From: a virus
IMG/VR virus record: IMGVR_UViG_2917159879_000004
DNA: 64,000 bases
Strand: one strand, 5' to 3'
In this document: piece by piece, positions 17,729 to 28,900 of the stretch
Position numbering within the stretch: position 1 is the first letter of the stretch
Layout of the letters: each line of letters opens with the position of its first letter
The notes under the pieces: generated by a model
The model's database searches: none
What the model was told of the DNA's origin: nothing
The model's input: only the letters and a program-made list of their open reading frames with translations
Position numbers and translations under genes: made by a program

Positions 17729-18873
17729 GCGCTCTGTGAGTTGACGGTCGCGATAGGCGCGACGTGGATGCCGGGATCGACCAGGCCGCCGAAGAAAGCG
17801 GGGCAAGCCATAGCTGCGATGGAGCCCAGGGCCGCATAGAGGTACGGGAAACCGTTGTCGTACCCCTGCGCGCTCTTTTTGGAAATCCTGACGTGCTTCC
17901 ATCCATCGCTCGGGGTCAGAACCTGTCCCGGCAGTACTGGAGCCCCGTTCAGCCACAACTTGTAGTCAGTTGTCGGAAATCCTGCCGGGATGAGATGTAG
18001 CGATCCGGCTTCAGCTCGTATCCAGAAAACAGCTGTACACCAGCCGTTGGCGATGAAGAGCGCCCTCGACGAGTTCGTCATCTGAAGATAACGGGTCGTG
18101 CCGTCGGCACCCGTAGAGCCGGTCGTTGCGTTGGGGCCAGCGGTCAGCACAACGGTATAGAACTCAACGCCGTAGCGCGCCACGCTGCCCGACCGGCCCA
18201 TGGCCGCCATAAGGTCTTGGACGCGCTGGTTCAGGTCGCCAGCCGTCCCCCCGAACGTGGTGTTGTCGTAGATGTACTTTCCGCCGTCAGCGATTGACGC
18301 GCCGTTCCACGGCGCCAGGAACGAACTAGAAAATGCTCCAGTGAAGCGCAAGATCAGCGGATTGATATTGCCCGCAAAGCGGCCGCTGTCCGGCATCAGA
18401 TTGAGAAACGGCATGCCGTTGATATCTGCCCCGGCAGCGGTCCCAAGCTTGCCCCACGCCCCATTGTTGCGCGCGTAGTTGCTGCCGTCGCTCGGCGCGT
18501 CGGCCATTCCGCCCACCAGCTCAGTCCAGCCACTGGCCCCGAACTCATACGTCTTGACCTGGCCAGCAGGCGTGGCCTCGTTCGCAACCTGAACCCGCCA
18601 GCCCAGCTTCGGAGTGAGGTACTCCCAGGTGCCAGCCGTGGCGCCTACCACCCACCATCTGGCAAGGCGGTTCTGGCTGGCACCCGAGCCGGTGAAAATG
18701 TACGTGTCCCCCTCGGCCTGGCCGGTTGTGGGCAGCGTGGCGACGCGCCCCTTGACGACCGGTTGGCGCAGGAAGTCATCCCAGCGCAACATGCGGATCA
18801 GTTCGCTGTAATGCCCCTCACCGGGGGCGCCGTTGATCAGCAGGCCAGTGTTCGGCCCCATCGTAAGACTCAT
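17725..18873 (-). CDS. Tail fibre/receptor-binding protein (DUF2793-like N-terminus)
   Basis: GDTYI...WEYLTPKLGWRVQV and DAPSDGSNYARNNGAW motifs; distal tail position. Confidence 0.75.
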   Translation of the reverse strand: MSLTMGPNTGLLINGAPGEGHYSELIRMLRWDDFLRQPVVKGRVATLPTTGQAEGDTYIFTGSGASQNRLARWWVVGATAGTWEYLTPKLGWRVQVANEATPAGQVKTYEFGASGWTELVGGMADAPSDGSNYARNNGAWGKLGTAAGADINGMPFLNLMPDSGRFAGNINPLILRFTGAFSSSFLAPWNGASIADGGKYIYDNTTFGGTAGDLNQRVQDLMAAMGRSGSVARYGVEFYTVVLTAGPNATTGSTGADGTTRYLQMTNSSRALFIANGWCTAVFWIRAEAGSLHLIPAGFPTTDYKLWLNGAPVLPGQVLTPSDGWKHVRISKKSAQGYDNGFPYLYAALGSIAAMACPAFFGGLVDPGIHVAPIATVNSQSA

Positions 18874-21080
18874 GCGGAAACGCCTCCTAGTTCTTCGCCC
18901 AGCCGGAAGCCAAGGCCGTGTCGTTCGATTGTGATGTCGTGTTGCTGCCAGCTCTGCAGACCGTCGCGAACGCTGAACAGCACGATGCGCAGCACCGGCA
19001 GCAGCCCATGCGCTATGTCGTCCTCCAGCGGGTAGGTCCAGGTCGTGCCGGTCAAGCCGGTGTACGACTTCTTCAGGCTGGTACCGCTGTAGATGCTCAG
19101 CGTGTATGTCGTGCCAGCTTCCAGCGATATGCTGCTCGCAGACGAGTCAACCAGCTGATCGGCCTGCAGCAGCCGGTTGCGGTGCGCCCACGACACGGTC
19201 AGCACACCGTAGGTCTTCGTCGGATACGCCACACCACACACCAGCACCCGGCCAGGCGCATAAGGCCGCGCCTGGCGCTGGTTCATTCGCAGCGAGTCGA
19301 CCGGCGCGAGGCTCTCTGCGAGCGTCGCAGAGCTGGTGCGGCTCAGCAGCTTCACGTTCACTGTCTCGCCGGTCACGTACTCACGCGTGTCCTCGGTCGC
19401 CCAATCTTCGTAGAACCAGATCAGCGCGCCGGCCTCATGCGGCGCTGGCACCGTATCGACACATCCCCGCGCGAGCACCGCGGTGCCGGCCGCGGCGTTG
19501 ATCGCGTCGACGCGGAAGATCTCGTCATCGATCATCGCGGCCGAGCCCACCTCGACGAGGTCAAGGTCAACCCCTTGGACAAGCGTGACGCTGACGCTGG
19601 TCAGGCCCCGGCCGATATCTGCTGAGATCGTCGCGACCGGGCAGAAGTCGCCGGACGTCCGCTCGTCGAATGGTGCAGACCCCACGCGGCTGAGCAGCGC
19701 GTAGTTCATCTGCAGGCCGGACGGCCGCATGCCCACCACGGCGAGGACACCCGTCTCGGGCTGCAGTTGGGCGAGATCCGCATCGCTCAGTGCCGCCGCG
19801 AGGTCGCGGTACGGCGCCTCGATGAGCCGGCGGGTCGCAATGACCCGCGGGGTGCGGTCGGGCGGGGTCCAGTTCGGCGGCTGGACTGCGGACGTCCCGG
19901 CTGCCGGCAGTCCGAACACGTCTTCCAGCGCGGTGATGGCGATGGTGCCCTTCGTGAGGGTGCCATAGTCGATCTTGCCGGCCCGCAGGACGATCAGTTC
20001 GATCCCGCGCTTCCGGCTGCGAACGCAGAACACGTCGCCAGGGTTCAGCGCATAGGCGCGCCGATCGAGCCGCAACTGGAGCTTGCGGATAGCCGACGTC
20101 GACACGTTGCAGTCGCGCGCCGCCACCCTGCCGGCCAACTCGCCGGTCGGTAGGCCCGGATACTCCTTCGTCGTCGTGATCACGCCGCCGGCCGCGCGGA
20201 TCGCGCCGGCATTCTTCGCACGGGCACGCCGGTCGGTGTTGGTGATCGGGTCGTGCCACACGACGACGAACTGGTTCGCCGTGCCGTCGAGCGATGTGAT
20301 GCTGTCTTCGTCGATCCCGAGCAGCCCGCTGTCCTCGTCGAATACGGGCAGCGTCGCGACGTCGTAGTCGTCACGGATCAGCCGCAGCGTCCAGAGTCCG
20401 GTCGAGCGGGAAAGGAACTGAGTGGCGCCAATGTGATCGAGGACGGTCTGCTCGAAGTTGTCCAACTCGTCTGCCACGCGAAACTTGAGGCACAGACCAA
20501 AGCCCTCGGCGAACAACGTATCTGCGGCCTTGCGATATGACGCCTGGTCCAGCAGGCCGCGATCCTTGCCACGGCCCCAGTCGCGGTTGGTCTGGCACTC
20601 GAACAAGATGTGAGCGGGGTTCATCGCCTTCACCTGGTCGCCGGCCAGGCTGATCACTGCTTTCTCGGGATACCAGGTTCCACCGTCCCATCCGTTGAGC
20701 GCTCGTCGCCACCGGCTCATCCAGGCTTTCGGGTACTTGTTCATCGCGCAGAGCTGCCCGTCGAAGAAAGCAGTGGTGACCCCGCGGAACGCAGGTACCA
20801 GGCCGCCCACCATCGCCGCCAGTCGAGGATTCACCGGTTGGTCCGGGGCGCCGAACATGACGTCCAGCGGCCCAACGATGCCGCCCTCGGCCTTGTCTCC
20901 CCCGAACAATTCGCCGGCATTGATCTGGATGGTCTGGTTGCTCTTGACCGATCCTTTCCATGCAGTGCGATCACCTGCCTTGATCTCGACCAGCTCATCC
21001 AACGGCCCCCTGGCAAAACCCATGAGAATACCCATGAGGTAGCGAAAGCCGACAGTTTGCGCTTTGCTACGGCCGCCCAT
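18870..21080 (-). CDS. Central tail tip/hub protein
   Basis: ELFGGDKAEGG, PAFRG and MNPAHIL motifs; homologous to 63260..64000. Confidence 0.8.
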   Translation of the reverse strand: MGGRSKAQTVGFRYLMGILMGFARGPLDELVEIKAGDRTAWKGSVKSNQTIQINAGELFGGDKAEGGIVGPLDVMFGAPDQPVNPRLAAMVGGLVPAFRGVTTAFFDGQLCAMNKYPKAWMSRWRRALNGWDGGTWYPEKAVISLAGDQVKAMNPAHILFECQTNRDWGRGKDRGLLDQASYRKAADTLFAEGFGLCLKFRVADELDNFEQTVLDHIGATQFLSRSTGLWTLRLIRDDYDVATLPVFDEDSGLLGIDEDSITSLDGTANQFVVVWHDPITNTDRRARAKNAGAIRAAGGVITTTKEYPGLPTGELAGRVAARDCNVSTSAIRKLQLRLDRRAYALNPGDVFCVRSRKRGIELIVLRAGKIDYGTLTKGTIAITALEDVFGLPAAGTSAVQPPNWTPPDRTPRVIATRRLIEAPYRDLAAALSDADLAQLQPETGVLAVVGMRPSGLQMNYALLSRVGSAPFDERTSGDFCPVATISADIGRGLTSVSVTLVQGVDLDLVEVGSAAMIDDEIFRVDAINAAAGTAVLARGCVDTVPAPHEAGALIWFYEDWATEDTREYVTGETVNVKLLSRTSSATLAESLAPVDSLRMNQRQARPYAPGRVLVCGVAYPTKTYGVLTVSWAHRNRLLQADQLVDSSASSISLEAGTTYTLSIYSGTSLKKSYTGLTGTTWTYPLEDDIAHGLLPVLRIVLFSVRDGLQSWQQHDITIERHGLGFRLGEELGGVSA

Positions 21081-21297
21081 TGCTCGCCTCCGCACGTGCG
21101 TGGCTGACCAGGCGCAGGGCCAGCTCGTCACCGGTAGCCTCAAGCACCGATGCCGGCATTCCCTCGGCAACGAACCGGTGCCAGTCCAAGCCATGGGCAT
21201 TGAACCAGGCGCGCGCACCGGATACGCAGTAACCCGGCCGGCTGGTCAGCCCCGGTACACTGCGCAGATGCGCTGTTGTGATGATCAGATCCGTCAC
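21067..21297 (-). CDS. Small tail-region protein
   Basis: GYCVSGARAWFNAHGLDW; homologous to 63052..63270. Confidence 0.7.
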   Translation of the reverse strand: MTDLIITTAHLRSVPGLTSRPGYCVSGARAWFNAHGLDWHRFVAEGMPASVLEATGDELALRLVSHARAEASNGRP

Positions 21298-21524
21298 TTC
21301 TTCGACCCCTTCGATTTGACTGCCTGCATCCGCTCGTGACCGGTCCCGAGGACGATCCAGTCCTCGATCCACACATCGCCGAAGATCACGTAGTGGCCGG
21401 TGCCGTCCTCGGTCTGCGGAAGATCTTCGGAAGTCAGCGCCTCCGGTTTCGGCTTCGGCGCTTTCGCAGAAGTAGCGCTGCTGATCAGATACGACGCGAC
21501 CAGAATCGCGATTTGCACCCACAT
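21294..21524 (-). CDS. Small tail assembly protein with N-terminal hydrophobic helix
   Basis: Homologous to 62825..63055. Confidence 0.7.
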   Translation of the reverse strand: MWVQIAILVASYLISSATSAKAPKPKPEALTSEDLPQTEDGTGHYVIFGDVWIEDWIVLGTGHERMQAVKSKGSKK

Positions 21525-21533
21525 GGATGACTC

Positions 21534-22352
21534 CTACCACCAAGGGTCGCCGTCGAACGGCGACTTGCCCGGAAGGAATGGCACTGCACCGCAGTTCGGC
21601 GTGTTGTCGAACTTGTCGTTGCAGGTCTGAATGAGCTGATCACATCCGGGGAACGCGACAGCCCGAGTACCAGGAGCCAACAGCGAGGTGCCGCCCACAA
21701 GGACCAGGCGGTTGCCCGTGTGTTGCTCGATGCCGCGCTGCTCAATCACTCCCTGACCGCTGTCCCATTCGACGTAGCCGCCGCGGAACCAGGCGTTGGG
21801 GTATCCGCCAATCGCGTTGCCTGCACCTGTCACGCTGTTGCCGTCACGCAACTCGACGGTGAACGGTACGCCGTACGGTTCTCGGTCTACCCGGCAGTTG
21901 TTATCGAACACCGTGTAAGGGCACTCACGTCCCCATGCGAGGCTGATCGATGTGCGTGGTTCGGTGCCGAGCAGCCGGCATTTGATCTGCACCCGGCTGT
22001 CGGCCGGCCAGTTCACCTCGTCGATCCTGCCCATCCACACCACAAGCCCCTGGGGCTCGTTCCAGTGGATGTCCCAGACGGTCAGTGTTGGAGCCTTCGA
22101 CGGCCGAGCGCCACGGTACAGCTGCGCAACTTCCAGGTCGCTCGGGCCAGTAACAGTCATGATGTCGGCACTGGCCTGGCCGGTCATGCGCCGTCCATCG
22201 TCGCTCACCGGCCGCGCGCGAAAGGTCATGTTGTTGAACTCGATGTCTCGATTCGCTGTTGTGTAGGTCCAGCGGATCGGGCCGAGGCGGAAGTCGTACA
22301 AGCTAATCGCCTGGCCATCGGCGACCGACCGCTCGCGATCACTGAAGCTCAT
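21534..22352 (-). CDS. BR0599-family tail protein
   Basis: CPYTVFDNNC...PGCD...CNDKFDN Cys motif. Confidence 0.8.
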   Translation of the reverse strand: MSFSDRERSVADGQAISLYDFRLGPIRWTYTTANRDIEFNNMTFRARPVSDDGRRMTGQASADIMTVTGPSDLEVAQLYRGARPSKAPTLTVWDIHWNEPQGLVVWMGRIDEVNWPADSRVQIKCRLLGTEPRTSISLAWGRECPYTVFDNNCRVDREPYGVPFTVELRDGNSVTGAGNAIGGYPNAWFRGGYVEWDSGQGVIEQRGIEQHTGNRLVLVGGTSLLAPGTRAVAFPGCDQLIQTCNDKFDNTPNCGAVPFLPGKSPFDGDPWW

Positions 22353-24045
22353 CGCGTACTCCTCGGAACACCGTGCTGGCTGTGCTGATGCCGTCGGTGT
22401 CGGTTTCGTGGGTGATCTGCACGCTGTCGCTGTCCTGCCGGCAAAGTGTCATGAATGAGATGCGTGCGACGTCGCTCGGCCGGACAACGGTGCCCAGCGC
22501 GCTGTCGATCGCCAAGCGCTCGACGTCGACGGGCAGCTCGCTGACGTCGAGGATGCGCCGGTGGAAGACCTGCCCGCCGAACAACTCAATGCGGATATCG
22601 CGCCGGCCGGGAGCATCAGCCCTGAAGAACCGCGCCAAGCCGCACAGCTCGACATCGAGGACGGAGCTGGTCGCAGCCACTGTGTCGGCCAAAACCAGGT
22701 CGGCGGCATGGGTCGGAATCCAGATCGCTTTCTGTCGGCCGCGCAGGGCGTACAGCAGGCTGCGCAGCGCCGCGTGCTCCTCTCGGCCCTCGGTCTGCCA
22801 GCGGAAGCCATGCACCGGGAAACCGACCCCAGCTTGGTCGGCGAATTGCGGCAGGCCGGTTTCGTTGTCCAGGACATCGAGCAGGCGCTGATACGACAGG
22901 GACAAGTCTTCGGACTCTTCGGGCCGCTGCTCGAGGACAGGCCAGCCCCGGTACGTTGCCGTCGGCATGACCTCCAGCCAGTCGCTGCTGTCCATCACCA
23001 GGAACCGCGCTTGTGCGCTATAGAGGGTGTCGGTCAGCCGGGTCAGCGCCGGTTGCTCCGTCAGCTGTGCGGTGCGAATGGGGTACAAGCGGGAGCCGGC
23101 CGGCCAGCGACGCTGAACCGGGCGGGCCAGTTGAATCGCCGACGCGGTCAGATCCTGGATCTCCACCACCTCGTACTCGAACGCTGACTCACCGCGCAGC
23201 AGCGCAAGGCCCCCAGCACGAAAATCCCGCCAGCGGGTGTCGCACTCGACCGTTTGTGCGCCGGCCACGGTGACGCTTGCCAGCAGCTGTATGTCCGGCC
23301 ACACCGGCAGTGCCCAGATTCGTCCGCCCCAGCCGGCCAGGCTGAGATCGAGGAGCACGCGCTCGCGCCCCTCCGCGTAGAACTCAGCTTCGAATGAACG
23401 CCGGGGTGACAAACGCAGCGATCGCCGTTGCTCGACTCCCGACGTGCTGGTCAGCAGCTCGGTCAACCACTCCAGTGACTCCTGCACGCCATCAGCCCAG
23501 TCCGGCGCAAACGGCCACGCGGTGATCCGGTTTCCGGTAATGACCAAGATCAACGGCTGTTCGTCCTGCAGTTGCCAGACGATGCGCGCGTCCACTACCG
23601 GCGGTCCATCCGTCGACACGGCCACAGTCCAGATGCGCTCCTGCAGCGCCGCGAACGGCAACGGCGGCGACGGCTGGCCGGCCAGGCTGATGCCATCGGC
23701 GTCCTCGCGATCGATCTGCGACAGGGTGCGGGGCGTGAAGTGGGCGTTCCAAACTGAGACGGGACGTTCCTGCACGCTCACGACGTTCCCCAGATCCAAT
23801 CGGCCAGGGATCAGCCAGATGCGGTTGTAGAAGTTCTCGACCAGGTCGGACTGGTGAACTGCCGAGTACGCCGAGTGGATCACCTCTACCGGCTGATGCG
23901 CCGCGTAGACGCCGGCCCAGGTCGAGGCCCCGACCGCTGCCAGGCTGATGTCCTGATTCAGCTCCAGGGCGTCGATGTTCGGCGTAATGCCGGCAACGAT
24001 CCCCTCCACAGGCTTCGGCACCTGGAACCCCGGAAATGTCGCCAT
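22339..24045 (-). CDS. Tail structural (distal tail-like) protein
   Basis: 568 aa; homologous to 60303..62006. Confidence 0.75.
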   Translation of the reverse strand: MATFPGFQVPKPVEGIVAGITPNIDALELNQDISLAAVGASTWAGVYAAHQPVEVIHSAYSAVHQSDLVENFYNRIWLIPGRLDLGNVVSVQERPVSVWNAHFTPRTLSQIDREDADGISLAGQPSPPLPFAALQERIWTVAVSTDGPPVVDARIVWQLQDEQPLILVITGNRITAWPFAPDWADGVQESLEWLTELLTSTSGVEQRRSLRLSPRRSFEAEFYAEGRERVLLDLSLAGWGGRIWALPVWPDIQLLASVTVAGAQTVECDTRWRDFRAGGLALLRGESAFEYEVVEIQDLTASAIQLARPVQRRWPAGSRLYPIRTAQLTEQPALTRLTDTLYSAQARFLVMDSSDWLEVMPTATYRGWPVLEQRPEESEDLSLSYQRLLDVLDNETGLPQFADQAGVGFPVHGFRWQTEGREEHAALRSLLYALRGRQKAIWIPTHAADLVLADTVAATSSVLDVELCGLARFFRADAPGRRDIRIELFGGQVFHRRILDVSELPVDVERLAIDSALGTVVRPSDVARISFMTLCRQDSDSVQITHETDTDGISTASTVFRGVRDELQ

Positions 24046-24968
24046 TACTCAAGCACCCGGAAGCAGTAGCCGACCCAGGCGCTGGTGCTGCCGAAATCGG
24101 TAGCGGTTCCGCGTTGGAGCAACGGATAGACGCGCCAAGTGTCGCTGCCGATCACCAGCGGATCGCCAGGCGCGAGGAAAGCCATGTTGCATATGCCAAA
24201 ATCCGGCACCTCGCCCACGTATCGCGAGCGCTGCTGAGCGCCGAACGCGTAGATAGCGCAGGGCACAGCGGTGGTCGAGCTGTTCAGCTCGTTTGCGCTG
24301 GCGTCGATCAGACCGACGTCAGGATGGTACTGGCTGCTGTAGTTTCCACGGCCTGGCCCGATGACCCGCCGGGGGATGTTCGTCGTGTAGTCGAACGGCA
24401 GCCACTCGGGCGAGGGGCCGCCATCCAATCCGTCCAGGCGGAGTACGCAACCACCGTCGCTATAGCGAACGTGGTAGCCGTCGAACGGATGACAGGACCA
24501 GTTCGATGTCAGCATCTGGCCTGTCTGATAGATTACGGAGCCGCATACGTACTGGCCGCCGCTGTATTCGACTCCGCGCTTGTTGAGCGAGCCAATCATC
24601 ACCGGCCGGAACTGGCCTGCCGCGATCTCGACGTGCAGGTGCAGATAGGCCGCCGTGGCAAACAGGTGGTAGCGCGTGAATGGCCCACCGCTCAGCTGTG
24701 CGACGGTCGGCCCCTTCGACGAATAGGGGTTGTTCTGCACCGAGTTACCGGGCTGCGCGTTCCACGCCAGCCCGTTGTCGAACCCCGTATTGCCCGCCAT
24801 CTGGAACTGATTGGCCCCGGCACTGAATGACCAGTATCCCTCCGCGTTGTGACAGAGCCACTCGGTTGCCGAAGCGCGGTCGGTGACCCAGCCGAGCGAC
24901 TCGGCGTGGACGCGCACCTTGGCGAGTAGGTCGGCCGGGCTGTTCGCTGCTCCTGTGAAATAGGCCAT
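24045..24968 (-). CDS. Virion structural protein
   Basis: Near-identical to 59380..60303. Confidence 0.75.
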   Translation of the reverse strand: MAYFTGAANSPADLLAKVRVHAESLGWVTDRASATEWLCHNAEGYWSFSAGANQFQMAGNTGFDNGLAWNAQPGNSVQNNPYSSKGPTVAQLSGGPFTRYHLFATAAYLHLHVEIAAGQFRPVMIGSLNKRGVEYSGGQYVCGSVIYQTGQMLTSNWSCHPFDGYHVRYSDGGCVLRLDGLDGGPSPEWLPFDYTTNIPRRVIGPGRGNYSSQYHPDVGLIDASANELNSSTTAVPCAIYAFGAQQRSRYVGEVPDFGICNMAFLAPGDPLVIGSDTWRVYPLLQRGTATDFGSTSAWVGYCFRVLE

Positions 24969-24969
24969 G

Positions 24970-25926
24970 TCAGTCCTTCCTGATTGCGTAGAGCCAGGGG
25001 TTGCCCGAGCGCCAGGCGGTTTGGAAAACAACGTGGTCCACTCCGTCCTCGACAATCACGTCCTCGGCGCCCGAGTTGAGCGTTGGCACGTAGAAAGCGC
25101 CGTCGAAGTCGCCCAGGTTTCGGCGACCCTCGGTTTCGCGGGTGACGAACGACAGCGCTTTGAGCGGGAACTTCCCGAACGAATCACGCAGTTGTTTGAC
25201 CACGGTGTCACTGCTGCCCGCATAACGGCCGCAGCCCAGCGGGAGGAGCGTCCGATTGCTGTAGTCGGACTCGTTGGCAGCCCCTCCTTCGACAGTGAAA
25301 CCAAGCCAGCGCCCGGCGGGATCGCGGAGATAGCAGCTGCGCTCGTAGGGGCTGCTGATGCCCCTGTGCCGGTCAGTGACGTCGGACCAGCGCACAGCGA
25401 CGTCCCCGCGATACGACCCAACCACAGCGAGCGGGTAGGGGTACTGCGACGGCGGGCACGGCGGCAGCACGAAGCCGGCGCCGGCCGACTCGTAGATCGT
25501 GCTGACCTTGACGACCATCCAGAACCTGCGGCCGTTCGCGAAGAACCAGTAGGGCATCGGCTGGTTCCAGGCAAGCAGCTGTACTCGCGGGCTGTAGTTA
25601 ACGAACGCCGTCCAGAAGTCACCGCCCGGCGGCAGCGCGCCAGGATTGAACGCGGTACCGCCCATCAGCCGGACGTTGTAGTAGTCGAGCGCGGTGTCGC
25701 CGTAGGACTGGACGCCCATGAAGATGCTGTCGTCGCCGCCGAGGCCAGGAGCACGCAGTGTCACTTGGCGAATCGCGATCGCCGTCCCGGATGCGGGAAT
25801 GGTGTTGTCGAAAACCATCTCGTAGGCCTGCCCAGCCGCGACCAGGTCTGGGTTCGCGGTGAGGAACTGGACGAGGCGCTCGACCAGGTTCTGGTGGTTC
25901 GTGGCTGTGCCGAATTCGGTGGCCAT
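24970..25926 (-). CDS. Virion structural protein
   Basis: Near-identical to 58422..59378; follows the TMP. Confidence 0.75.
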   Translation of the reverse strand: MATEFGTATNHQNLVERLVQFLTANPDLVAAGQAYEMVFDNTIPASGTAIAIRQVTLRAPGLGGDDSIFMGVQSYGDTALDYYNVRLMGGTAFNPGALPPGGDFWTAFVNYSPRVQLLAWNQPMPYWFFANGRRFWMVVKVSTIYESAGAGFVLPPCPPSQYPYPLAVVGSYRGDVAVRWSDVTDRHRGISSPYERSCYLRDPAGRWLGFTVEGGAANESDYSNRTLLPLGCGRYAGSSDTVVKQLRDSFGKFPLKALSFVTRETEGRRNLGDFDGAFYVPTLNSGAEDVIVEDGVDHVVFQTAWRSGNPWLYAIRKD

Positions 25927-28900
25927 CAGTTGATTCCCAGTAGTTGACGGAATTTCTGCGGGTCGCGGCTGATGTGCAGAACCATTGCTTCGTCGCCGTA
26001 ACGACCCGCCATCACATCACCGATGCGGCTGGGGTCGTCGACCAGGTAGAAGTTCTGGTTGTTCTTCAGCGTCGCGCTGAGATTCTTTGCGGGCTCTTGT
26101 AGACGCGAACCAGCCAAGCCCGGAGCGGGCATGGCCGGAGCAGGAGTCCCCATCAGGCCGCCCGTAGCGTGGCGGACCGGGTTCGCCCAGGCGCCCAGGG
26201 CAGCCATGCCATACCGGTTGAACTGCTCCAGAAACGCGAGTGCGCCGGGCTGCCGTACCACGGCGGCACGGGTCATGAACTCGTCGTTTGAGGCCAGGAT
26301 CGGGATGCTGTCGCTGGTGCCGGTGCCCGGTCCTTGGATACGGCCGCCATCGGCAAAGCCACCTCCGAAATACGCACTGGCGGCACTCATGCCCAGTTGC
26401 AACCAGCCCCCCCCACCGCCAGTGCCGCCAGCAGCACCGCCACCGAATAGGCTGCTGAACAGGTTGCCGAACAAACTGGCACCCTGACCAAACACTCCAG
26501 CCAGCGCGCTCGCCAGGGTGCCACCGCCCGACGTGGTTGCTTCGCTGATCGCGCTACCCATTGCGGCTGCACCTTCGGTCGACGCGGCAGCAATAGCAGC
26601 CGCTGGACCGGTTTGTCCCGCTGCGGAGGCTGCTCCGCTCACCACCTGGCCACCGTTCGCTGCCGCTAGCGATGCGGCTGCAGCCTGAATCGCCGCGGCG
26701 CCGGTCACGAGAGTGCCTCCCGCGGTTGCCAGGGCGCCGGCCGATGCCGAGACCGCCGAGGCACCTACGGCCAGGTCTTTGCTACCAGCGTCTTTGGTCT
26801 CGCCGAGTCCGAAGCTACTGAGCAGCGATGCCCCGAGCTGCCTGGTCGCCATACGAGCGGAGTCGGCCGCGAGCGTACGGAGAAAGTCATCCAGGCTGGC
26901 CTTACCCGTTGTTACGGCGGAAACGACGCTGTTCTCCAGGCCCGACATCGCGTTGCTGAACAGGTCGTAGGTCTGGCCCGCGACGTTCCTGGCCGAGTCG
27001 AGATAGTCGGCGAACGCCGAGCGGGCACCGTTGGTCCAGTCTGCCTGCGCGACCTGCAAGGCCGCGTAGTTGCGTTGGAGCTGCTCGGTCATCGCCGCGT
27101 GGTTCGCCTGCAGCTTCTGCAGCTTGTCGTTGTACTCGTCGAGGCTCATGCCACGCGAGCCGTCGCCATACTGGCTGGCAAGATCCAATCTCTGCTGGGT
27201 GAAGCGATCGTCGAGGTTGCCGCGCTGCTCGAACAGCCTGCGCTGTTGCGCCCCCATCCCAACGGCGGCCGCAGCCCGCTCCCCCTGCAGCGCGAGAGCA
27301 TCTTGCTGCTGCTGCAACGCGTCGGCGTAAGCCTTCACCGCCTGGGCCTGCTTCTTGAGGCGGCCTTGCTCGTTGACCTGGAGTATCTCCAAGTCCGCGT
27401 CGGATTTCTTCTGTGCCTTCACCATGTTGTTGCGGGCGTCGGCGATCTTCTGATCGAGGCTGATGCGCTGTGCGGCAGTGGTAGTGCTCTTGCTGCGCAG
27501 CGCCTCCAGCGCCTGGATCTCCGCTTGGTAGGCTGCGGTGACCTGGTCCTTGTTTTGGCGGATCAGTTCGCTGCGGCGGGCGACATAGTCGGCGTAGGAG
27601 AGCAGCCCAGCCCGCTGCTGCGCCTGCAAGCTCTGCTCAGCGTTCCTGTAGTCGGCCAGCAGCTGGTCCAGCTGGTTCTTCGCTTCGGTGACGGTGGACT
27701 GATCGAGTGGAGTACTCGGCCCCTTCGGGGTCTTCGGGTCTTTGTACTTCTCGTCGATGGCTCGCCGAGCAGCAGCGATATTCTCCGGGCGCAGCCGCTC
27801 GTCTTCCGGGTTCGTGGCTTGAATCGCGGCGATGCTCCGGTCCAGCTCCCTGTTGAGCTTGTCGCGCTTTTCCTTGTTGGTGCGCACCGACTCCAGCAGC
27901 TTGTCCATGCTCTGCTGGCCGCGTATTGCCTCGTCCTCCAGGTAGCGATCCAGGCGCGCCTTCTGCGCCTTCTCGCCCTCGTCCTGGATTTCCTGGAGGG
28001 CATCGGTGAATTGCTTCCCGCGCTCGTCGTCCGACATCGAGCTGCGCTGATACGCCTTGCGCAGCTCGTTGAACCAGCCCAACGGGCCAAAGACCGCCCC
28101 GCTGGCCACAGCGCGGCCAGGCTGAAAGGCTTGCCCCTTGGTCAGCTGCTCCAGCCGTTCCTCGGGCGTCTCCGTCCGGCCCACGCCGAGCATCTCATCC
28201 CAGGCGCCTTTGGCAACGCCAGCGACGGTCTTCCAGGCGCGCTCCATCGTGCCCAGGTTCTCAACGATCTGGCTGGCCCTCTCATCCATCGCCTGGCCGT
28301 ACGCATCCATGGCGAGCTGGGCGGCGCCCAACGTGTCCCCTTGCTGGTTCAGGGCGGTGATCTGCTCGTACACCGAGGCAGTCAGGTAGTGGTACTTCTC
28401 GTTGAGCTGTTGCGACGCCCTGACCGGGTCTTCGGCCAGCTTGGAGAACTCGGCCACCGTTTCGGAAACGGCCTTGCCAGTGGCGTCTTGCATGGCGATC
28501 GCGGTACTGGCCACCAGCTCGATCTGATCGACCGTGAACTTGCCGGTGGCGGTGATCTCCGACAATACGGCCACGGCCTCATACTGGGTGCCGTTCGCCT
28601 TCGCGATCGCAGCGGCCATCGCGGAGAGCTGGCCAGCGCTGGTTCCGGCGTAGTTGCCGGTCAGGATGATGGCCTTGTTCAACTCGGTCGCTTCCGAGCG
28701 GCCTTTCTCGTAGGCAGCGGCCAGTGCCACGCCGGCAGCAGCGGCTGCGACGCCAACGATCGCAAAGGCGCTGCCGGCCCCGCTAAGGCCGGTCATCGCG
28801 GTCCTGGCGTTGTTGGCCGATACTGCTGCTGCGTCTGCCCCGCGGGCGATCTCACCCAGTTCTTCGCTGGCCGTGCTCGCGATCCCGAAGAAGGACTTGA

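Noticed and set aside
17435..21080. Diversity-generating retroelement or invertible tail-fibre cassette
   Set aside because: No reverse transcriptase, template/variable repeat pair or serine invertase is visible.
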